A stretch of DNA of 64,000 nucleotides, from IMG/VR virus record IMGVR_UViG_3300019776_000693, positions 32,001-96,000 of that record. One strand, 5' to 3'. A program made the position numbers and the translations under genes. This stretch comes from a virus. How positions within the stretch are numbered: position 1 is the first letter of the stretch; the number at the start of each line of letters is the position of its first letter. The notes below the pieces were generated by a model, which saw only the letters and a program-made list of their open reading frames with translations, was not told the DNA's origin and did no database searches. Below, piece by piece: positions 57,698-64,000 of the stretch.

Positions 57698-58121
57698 ACC
57701 TTTAGAAGAAATCTTAACAGACTACGAAGAACTTAGAAATTCATATAGAGTTTTCACTAAGAATGGAGATGGTAATAAAAATACACTAATAGAATTTCAA
57801 GGAAGGTTTATTGATTTAAAGGCTGATTTGAAATATTGGAGAGTTAAATATACTCATGAATGGACTCGCCGCGACGACAAAGCAGCAACTGCGATTAAAT
57901 TTAGAATTGCTGTCGCTATGACAAGAGGTGAATATCCAAGTGGTGACGATGAAGCTAAATTACCCACTATTACAAACGCCGAAAAATTAGCAAGTGGTAG
58001 TAAAGAATACAGAGAGTTTGTTGAACAACGAGGATTTTATAAAGAGTCTTTAACTAATTTAAGTGATACTCGTGAGGATATTAATAGCTATATTAATGAA
58101 ATCAAAGATAGATTAAAATAA
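57690..58121 (+). CDS. UvsY-like recombination mediator (tentative)
   Basis: Helical 143-aa protein coupled to RecA; TITNAEKLA...EY pattern. Confidence 0.45.
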   Translation: MIRPLEEILTDYEELRNSYRVFTKNGDGNKNTLIEFQGRFIDLKADLKYWRVKYTHEWTRRDDKAATAIKFRIAVAMTRGEYPSGDDEAKLPTITNAEKLASGSKEYREFVEQRGFYKESLTNLSDTREDINSYINEIKDRLK

Positions 58122-58122
58122 A

Positions 58123-58326
58123 ATGCAAAATATTTCAGATAAATCAAGAGATACATTATATGATGCAGTTCATAATGATATAATGGATACCAGAGTAAAA
58201 ATTAATACTTTATTAGTAGGGACTAATTAGTTTTTAAAAGAATTAATTGATAAAGAGTTATTTAAATTATCTTGTTCCGCGCCACAAAAAGCAATAAGTT
58301 GTTTTAATTACAATAAAGAGAGATGA
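58123..58326 (+). pseudogene. 67-codon gene interrupted by one in-frame TAG (58228-58230)
   Basis: Frame stays open after the TAG up to a TGA that overlaps the next ATG (ATGA). Confidence 0.5.
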
Positions 58327-58496
58327 CAGAAACAGAGTTAATAGGTAAAAATGAATCTATTTTAGATAATTTAAAACAAGAGTATAGAATCGTATCAAGA
58401 GATGATAAACCTTATATAGTTACTTGTGATTTTAAAATAGAAAGATTAAATATTTATATTGAGAATAATATTATAGTAAAAGTAACTAACGGATAA
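58323..58496 (+). CDS. 57-aa potato-inhibitor-I / I78-type protease inhibitor-like protein
   Basis: Read manually; LIG...YRIV...IVTCDFKIERLNIYIENNIIVKVTNG matches the VTxD[YF]xxxRLN...V...G signature. Confidence 0.7.
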   Translation: MTETELIGKNESILDNLKQEYRIVSRDDKPYIVTCDFKIERLNIYIENNIIVKVTNG

Positions 58497-58499
58497 ATT

Positions 58500-58874
58500 A
58501 TGACACACTTAATTTACATATACTTAATAATAAACAGTTTTATTTCAGGTAATTATTTGTTTGATACCTTTAATGGTGATAAAGGATTTAAGAAGTTTGG
58601 AATTTTTTCTGTTTTATTATTTTTTGGTGCGCCGTGGATTTTATTATACTTAATAAGTGAATTACCTATATTTAGGTGGATAAAAAATGAATTTTGGTTT
58701 ATATATCATTTTTATATTACAGACTATTGGAAAAACGTGGTGGAAAATAATGAAGAAAGAACTAAAGAAGGAGTATTAGAATTTTTAAACAATTCTACAA
58801 AAAATGCTTCAAAACAAGTTAAAAGACACACAAGATTAATAATTAAGAAATATGCCACCAAAGAAAACAAATAA
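58500..58874 (+). CDS. membrane protein (2 TM)
   Basis: ORF track; two hydrophobic helices. Confidence 0.55.
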   Translation: MTHLIYIYLIINSFISGNYLFDTFNGDKGFKKFGIFSVLLFFGAPWILLYLISELPIFRWIKNEFWFIYHFYITDYWKNVVENNEERTKEGVLEFLNNSTKNASKQVKRHTRLIIKKYATKENK

Positions 58875-59370
58875 AGAGATTATAAATTGGATTTTTGAAG
58901 GTAAACAGATACAAGAAATAGATGATTTTCCAAAACAATTTCAAAAATACGAAGGTTTTGTATATTTAATATCTTTTTTAAACGGAGACTACTATATTGG
59001 GCAAAAACAAATAAGACTTAGTAATAAAAGAAAAATCGGCAAAAAAGAATTAGAAACATACCCTGACAAAAGGAGATTAAACAGAAGAAAAGTAAAAACA
59101 GGCAAAAGTAAAGGAGAATGGGTTTATTACGAAGAAATATATAAAGAAGATTGGCAAGAGTACATAAGCAGTTCAGATATTGTTAAAGAAAGAATAAAAT
59201 ATGGAGAAGATTATAAAAAAGAAATAATATTATTTGTAAAAAAAGTAGGGTTATTAAATTTCTTTGAAACAAAACAAATAATGTGTTCAAATTGCATGGA
59301 AGATGAAAAATGTTTAAATGACCATGTTGGTAATTACTACAAAAGAAATATTTTAAATAAAAATTGTTAG
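58852..59370 (+). mobile_element. GIY-YIG (Seg-like) endonuclease
   Basis: GFVYLISFLNGDYYIGQKQI...WQEYISSS...ETKQI...CLNDHV. Confidence 0.75.
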
Positions 59371-59375
59371 GATAA

Positions 59376-60074
59376 ATGAGAGAATTAAAAAATGAAATCC
59401 ATTATAAAATATCTTTAGACGAAGACCAGAAAAAAGTTAAAGCGGATATATATGAAAAAGAACTTATTGTTATTACAGGACAAGCGGGTAGTGGTAAAAG
59501 CCTTGTAGTAGCTCAAACAGTATTAGATTTAATTTTTAAAGGGCATATAGACAAAGTCTATGTAACTAGAGCTGCTGTTGAGGTTGGTAAATCACTCGGA
59601 TTTCTTCCAGGCGAGTTATCCTCCAAATTTGACCCATATATTGAAGCTTTTAGAGATAATCTTTACGCCTGTTATGATAAGAATAAAGTGGACAAACACT
59701 TAACACATTTAAGTGGAGGAGAAGAAAATAAAGACAGAAACGCTAATAAAACAACAATTGCAAAAATAGAAGGTATCCCTACTCAATATATTAGAGGAAA
59801 AACAATTGGAAATAGAGAAATATTAGTCATTGAAGAAGCTCAAAATTTATCAGAACATGAAATGGAAGCCTTGTTGACAAGATTAGGAAAAGGTGGAAGA
59901 ATAATAATCAATGGGGATAACAATCAGCGAGATATTAAAGAATCATATACAGGATTAAGTTTTGCCATTGATATTGCAAAAGCTTTTGATGAAGTTGGGT
60001 ATCATAAATTAAAATCAAACCATCGTTCAGATTTAGTTAAGAAAATTTTAGATTTTAAATATAATAAACAATAA
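59376..60074 (+). CDS. phoH: PhoH-like ATPase
   Basis: ITGQAGSGKS, LGFLPG, YIRGKT, VIEEAQN, LLTRLG and GDNNQRD. Confidence 0.92.
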   Translation: MRELKNEIHYKISLDEDQKKVKADIYEKELIVITGQAGSGKSLVVAQTVLDLIFKGHIDKVYVTRAAVEVGKSLGFLPGELSSKFDPYIEAFRDNLYACYDKNKVDKHLTHLSGGEENKDRNANKTTIAKIEGIPTQYIRGKTIGNREILVIEEAQNLSEHEMEALLTRLGKGGRIIINGDNNQRDIKESYTGLSFAIDIAKAFDEVGYHKLKSNHRSDLVKKILDFKYNKQ

Positions 60075-60689
60075 ATGACACAATTCCAAGGAAATTTTAA
60101 ATATTTCTTAGATAATAAAGAAATTACAGATATTAATGATTTACCTACGTTTTATAAGACTGTGAAAATAGATGGTTTAAATATTTATTTTACTTCTGTT
60201 TCCGCGCCGAAAAAGGAAATAAATACATCTTCTGATATAACTAAACCTTTTTATTTAGATGAAGTTATAGATAGTTTACCAGAATATAAAGAAGCTTTTA
60301 TGGAGGATATTTTAAATGGTTGTTATGTAAAGGTCACAGGAGATAAAATGTTTAATATTGAAACTGTAAAAAAAGATAATTTAAAAAAAGCCTATAAAGA
60401 AACAGAGGGTAAAATAGATTATTCTGAAATTAATTTAGGTATTTTAGATTTGATGGCGGAAAGAATGCAAGAAAATAAACATAAGTATCCTGTTGGAAAT
60501 TCTAAAAAACCTATGAATATTAAAGGGTTGGAATGGGCGTTATTTAGACACCTTAAAAAAATGATTCAACCTATTAAAAATGACCCTGAAACATATAAAC
60601 AACATTTGTCAGCTATACTCTGCAATGCGTCTATGATTTTAGACCAATTGGAAATAATTTCAAAAGAAAATTTGGATAATAAAAAATAA
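60075..60689 (+). CDS. protein with a C-terminal dATP/dGTP diphosphohydrolase-like (DUF5664) domain
   Basis: LDLMAERMQENKHKYPVGNSKK...ALFRHL...HLSAILCNASMI. Confidence 0.65.
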   Translation: MTQFQGNFKYFLDNKEITDINDLPTFYKTVKIDGLNIYFTSVSAPKKEINTSSDITKPFYLDEVIDSLPEYKEAFMEDILNGCYVKVTGDKMFNIETVKKDNLKKAYKETEGKIDYSEINLGILDLMAERMQENKHKYPVGNSKKPMNIKGLEWALFRHLKKMIQPIKNDPETYKQHLSAILCNASMILDQLEIISKENLDNKK

Positions 60690-60702
60690 TTCACTATCTT
60701 TG
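60671..60702 (+). promoter_or_regulatory. Bacteroidota-type promoter (TTTG-N20-TATCTTTG)
   Basis: TTTG 60671-60674 and TATCTTTG 60695-60702, directly ahead of the HNH gene. Confidence 0.75.
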
Positions 60703-60726
60703 TATAAGAAATAAAATAAAGAATAC

Positions 60727-61518
60727 ATGAACCCTAATAATCAAAAAACACTATTAGCTTTTAAAAAAGAATATACAAATAAGATATTTAAAACAAATAA
60801 AGGATTAAATCTAAAAATATTAGATTATAGAGGTGTTAACGATATTACTGTAATTTTTGAGAATGGATATACTACAATCACTAACTTAGATTGTATTAGA
60901 AAAGGTACTATAAAAAACCCTCTATATCCCTCTGTTTGTAATGTAGGTTATTTCGGTGTAGGTATTTTTACAGCTACTATATTAGGAAAAAACACTCCTG
61001 AATATGAAGCATGGAGTGGGATGATAAAAAGGTGTTATGGCGAGAAAAAATTAGAAAAATATACCTCTTATATTGGATGTTCTGTGGATGAGAAATGGCA
61101 TAATTTTCAGAATTTCGCTAAGTGGCACGAAGAAAATTATAATCCTGAGATAATGAAAGATTGGCAATTAGACAAAGATATTTTAGTGAAAAATAACAAG
61201 ATATATTCACCAGAAACTTGTTGTTTTGTTCCACGAGACATCAATAATGTCATCAAGACTAATAAGAATAAAAGAGGAGAATTACCTGTTGGTGTGTCAA
61301 GAAGAACTATTAATAAAAAAGAAATGTTTAGGGTTTCAATAGCAACGGCAGTTAAAAAAAGTAATTTAGGATACTTTAACACTCCAGAAGAAGCTTTTCA
61401 AGTGTACAAAACAGCAAAAGAAAATTATATTAAAGAAGTTGCAGACAAATGGTGTGGATTGATTTCAAAACGAGTATATCAAGCATTAATGGATTATAAA
61501 ATAGAAATAACAGATTAA
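60727..61518 (+). mobile_element. HNH-type homing endonuclease with a C-terminal AP2-like domain
   Basis: YEAWSGMIKRCY, WHNFQNFAKW, LDKDIL...YSPETCCFVP..IN and LGYFNTPEEAF. Confidence 0.8.
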
Positions 61519-61521
61519 AAT

Positions 61522-61986
61522 ATGTCAAAACCAAGAATGCTGTTTTTAACAGTCATATCAACAGAAATAAACGAAAAAGGTAAAATTAAAGTTCAAAAAG
61601 CTAATAACATAAAAGAACCAACTGATGAAAGGGGGTGGACAAAAGAGAAGTATGAAGATTTAGGAATACCTGTCCCACAAGAACTATTAAATCAAGAAAG
61701 TACTTTTAGTTTAAATGGAGATATTGAACTTCAAGAGGGAGAATTTGAATATGTATATGATGAATTAATTTTAGAAAGAAGTGATTTTTCTTCTGCACTA
61801 GACACAAAAGATGGATTTACACAAGTGTCCACAAAACAAGGACTTATATATGATGTAATAGAAAACACAGATATGATTTTTGAGCAAATTTATTTAATAG
61901 ACCAAAATTGGTTTGAAAAAGTTTGTGATGAAATAAAATGGAGAATAAAAAGAATATTTAAAAAAGAAAAAGATTTAATATTATAA
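61522..61986 (+). CDS. hypothetical protein (154 aa)
   Basis: ORF track. Confidence 0.6.
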   Translation: MSKPRMLFLTVISTEINEKGKIKVQKANNIKEPTDERGWTKEKYEDLGIPVPQELLNQESTFSLNGDIELQEGEFEYVYDELILERSDFSSALDTKDGFTQVSTKQGLIYDVIENTDMIFEQIYLIDQNWFEKVCDEIKWRIKRIFKKEKDLIL

Positions 61987-62001
61987 ACAAGGAAAGCGAA
62001 A

Positions 62002-62718
62002 ATGAGTAACATTTATTTACAAATTAATTACAGTGACGGTCAAGTGTATCAGTATAGCAAAGATGCAAAAGAAGGGTATGAAAGTCACAAAAACACTAAA
62101 GGAGTAGAATCTTTTAGAAAATACTATAAAAAAGGTATTTATGGAACTTTAGAAGGAGTATCAATCAGAGAAACAGATTTTGGAAAAGAAATTTCAGTGT
62201 CCTTAAAAGATAAAAACGGAGATATAAATTTCTTAAATATGCCTTTATTTGATACAAAGAAAAATTTAGCAAGTTATGCGGAATCCCTAATTACAGTTCT
62301 ACCTTCTTTAGTTTTAGGTAAAGGTTATAGATTTTTTCCATACAATATCAAAGAAGAAGGTCAAAAATACAGTAAAACGGGTGTTTCAGTTGTTTTAGCT
62401 GACATTACTAACGAATCTGTTATTGAAAATGTGGAAAAACCTAAAAAACTTACTTATACATATACAAAAGATGGGGTAGAGACTAAAGGTGATGTTCCCG
62501 CAATAATTTGGGAAGAAGATTTTGATGGTTCAAGAACAATGAATGCTAAGGCTAAAAATAAATACCTTTATGATATTTTAATGGCTAATTTAAGTTCAAA
62601 TTCTCAATCTAATTCAGCAGAATCTAAAAAAGAAACACCAAAAGCAACTCCTCAACAAGCGTTTGAACCTGCACCAAGCACAAACCAAAAAGATTTTTCA
62701 GACCAGTTGCCGTTTTAA
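62002..62718 (+). CDS. ssb: single-stranded DNA-binding protein (crAss-type)
   Basis: OB-like body, flexible Ser/Gln/Pro-rich linker and acidic C-terminus DFSDQLPF. Confidence 0.75.
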   Translation: MSNIYLQINYSDGQVYQYSKDAKEGYESHKNTKGVESFRKYYKKGIYGTLEGVSIRETDFGKEISVSLKDKNGDINFLNMPLFDTKKNLASYAESLITVLPSLVLGKGYRFFPYNIKEEGQKYSKTGVSVVLADITNESVIENVEKPKKLTYTYTKDGVETKGDVPAIIWEEDFDGSRTMNAKAKNKYLYDILMANLSSNSQSNSAESKKETPKATPQQAFEPAPSTNQKDFSDQLPF

Positions 62719-62771
62719 GATTTAATTAATAATTTAAAAAGTCATTTTATTTTTCATTAGTTGTGTTATAT

Positions 62772-62796
62772 TGAGGGTTAGACTTCCCTCATTTTT
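62772..62796 (+). terminator. intrinsic terminator after ssb
   Basis: TGAGGG/CCCTCA stem followed by TTTTT. Confidence 0.75.
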
Positions 62797-62815
62797 AAAA
62801 TTTAAAAAATAGTAA

Positions 62816-63223
62816 ATGAACCCACAAGAATACGGATATTTAGGAACAGAAAAATTTGAAATTACATCTTCTGAATTTATGCTTTTTAAAATGGCATTAG
62901 AACAAGGATTAAGACTTACAGAAGTAGTTACATATCCTCAAGTATTTGAATATGTTGACCAAGAAGGTAAAGTAGTTAAGAGTCCATCAGAGGAAGATTT
63001 AATTACAGGAAAAGTGAATAAAGTTCCAAATACAGAAAAAACTTTCTCAGATGAGAATTTAACGGTTACTTATAATGCTGATAAAATTACTAAAGAAATG
63101 TTAATGGCGCAAGAGTTATTAATGGATTTACATTTTAGAAATATTGAATCAGGAGTAGCTAAATCTATTGAAGAGCTAAAAAGTGCTAAAGAATTAACTT
63201 TAGAAAAAGAGGATGTTAGATAA
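62816..63223 (+). CDS. hypothetical protein (135 aa)
   Basis: ORF track. Confidence 0.6.
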   Translation: MNPQEYGYLGTEKFEITSSEFMLFKMALEQGLRLTEVVTYPQVFEYVDQEGKVVKSPSEEDLITGKVNKVPNTEKTFSDENLTVTYNADKITKEMLMAQELLMDLHFRNIESGVAKSIEELKSAKELTLEKEDVR

Positions 63224-63446
63224 GTTAAAAATAGAATTAGGAGAGAGATGTACTTTTCTCTCCTATCTTAGAGATAAAAAGAAGAACGAAAATGGAGAAT
63301 TTAAAGAACGTCTTTGTTTAAAAGTAGTTTTGAAAAACAAACTAGGCGGTAAAGATAGTTTAGTCTTACCTTTAAACGATGGAGCAACTTACGATTCTGT
63401 TTTACATATATTGAAAAATTATGAGCGAAGCGCAGATACAATATAA
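63213..63446 (+). CDS. hypothetical protein (77 aa)
   Basis: ORF track; overlaps neighbours. Confidence 0.55.
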   Translation: MLDKLKIELGERCTFLSYLRDKKKNENGEFKERLCLKVVLKNKLGGKDSLVLPLNDGATYDSVLHILKNYERSADTI

Positions 63447-63606
63447 CGCAATGTTAGAGAACGGAGATTTAGAAATTTTATTTCCTTCTTTATCAGGTGA
63501 GTGGAAAAAAGATAAAAAGAAATTTGAATTAATGTGGGCGGAAAATAAAAAATTAATAGATGAGACAGAAGTACGCCAATTTAAAGAAATTAAATCTAAC
63601 CGTTGA
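63421..63606 (+). CDS. hypothetical protein (61 aa)
   Basis: ORF track. Confidence 0.55.
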   Translation: MSEAQIQYNAMLENGDLEILFPSLSGEWKKDKKKFELMWAENKKLIDETEVRQFKEIKSNR

Positions 63607-63859
63607 TGTAATTTTAAAATTATTTTTAGATAACGAAGAGGATTGTGATACAAATATTGCTAAAGAAATAGTTTACAGAATCTTTATTTTAGATTTTTTT
63701 ACTATTTTATTTTTATACGGCGAAAAACCTCTTTTACTTATCTTAAAAATGTTAGAAGAAAACGAAGAATATGAAATTTGTCAAGTAATATTAGAACAAA
63801 TAGAAGAGCAAAATATAATAAACAAAGATGCTAAAATTAGGACAAGATACGAAGAATGA
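63560..63859 (+). CDS. small helical protein with an EExEEYExC (UvrB/C-like) motif
   Basis: LEENEEYEICQVI. Confidence 0.5.
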   Translation: MRQKYANLKKLNLTVDVILKLFLDNEEDCDTNIAKEIVYRIFILDFFTILFLYGEKPLLLILKMLEENEEYEICQVILEQIEEQNIINKDAKIRTRYEE

Positions 63860-64000
63860 AATATTAAAAGGGGTGAATAGAGTTGCGGAGGCTGTAAAAA
63901 AGACGGCAGGACAACAAGGAAAATTTGCTTTAATAGAAAACAATTTAGGGTTACCACCACATCCAACAAAAGACGGAGTAACAGTTTTAAATAGTATTTA
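63828..64000 (+). CDS. groEL: GroEL-like chaperonin, 5' fragment (runs off the right edge)
   Basis: Read manually: MLKLGQDTKNEILKGVNRVAEAVKKTAGQQGKFALIENNLGLPPHPTKDGVTVLNSI, compared with GroEL ...[42 protein letters not shown]. Confidence 0.85.
   Translation, partial: MLKLGQDTKNEILKGVNRVAEAVKKTAGQQGKFALIENNLGLPPHPTKDGVTVLNSI

Noticed and set aside
5150-63969. Short antisense or nested ORFs in the track (e.g. 5150, 7409, 11661, 13085, 13683, 19847, 27689, 42477, 43521, 47833, 52214, 53653, 57425, 61137, 63402, 63781)
   Set aside because: They lie opposite or inside well-supported genes, have no motifs, and are typical shadow ORFs.
1-64000. Genome-wide stop-codon reassignment (as in some crAss phages)
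   Set aside because: Very long ORFs are intact under the standard code, TAG and TGA end several genes, and the only tRNA is Gln(TTG), not a suppressor.
1-64000. Apparent enrichment of T-tract-GCGC/CGCG-A-tract words
   Set aside because: A rough count is near what the base composition predicts; they stand out only because CCGG and GGCC look scarce.

Overview
64 kb of an AT-rich tailed-phage genome with crAss-like (Crassvirales-type) gene order. The host is probably Bacteroidota/Flavobacteriaceae, inferred from about 13 Bacteroidota-type TTTG-N19/20-TAnnTTTG promoters. Positions 1-51.5 kb (- strand) form the virion/packaging arm: giant internal 'cargo' proteins, lysozyme-peptidase fusion, 2407-aa muzzle/tail-stabilisation protein with a vWA insert, tail rings, fibre/spike, muramidase-holin lysis cassette, auxiliary capsid protein, Hef-like endonuclease, MCP, scaffold-like protein, portal and an intein-split terminase. 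From 51.6 kb the + strand carries tRNA-Gln(TTG), two candidate structured RNAs, a wHTH gene and an islet of small accessory genes (minimal class II aaRS-like enzyme, MazG-like, EF-Tu domain II-like, DUF4326, I78-type protease inhibitor). It continues with RecA/UvsX-UvsY, GIY-YIG and HNH endonucleases, PhoH, a dATP/dGTP diphosphohydrolase-like protein, SSB and the start of a GroEL-like gene. Most notable: a perfect 7-bp kissing-loop RNA upstream of the wHTH gene, a recurring [aromatic/aliphatic]-[Q/K]-x-G-G motif that punctuates three internal virion proteins, and the aaRS-like/MazG/EF-Tu-mimic islet. No RNA polymerase catalytic motif was seen in the expected slot. All protein assignments come from motif recognition by eye; no database searches were run.
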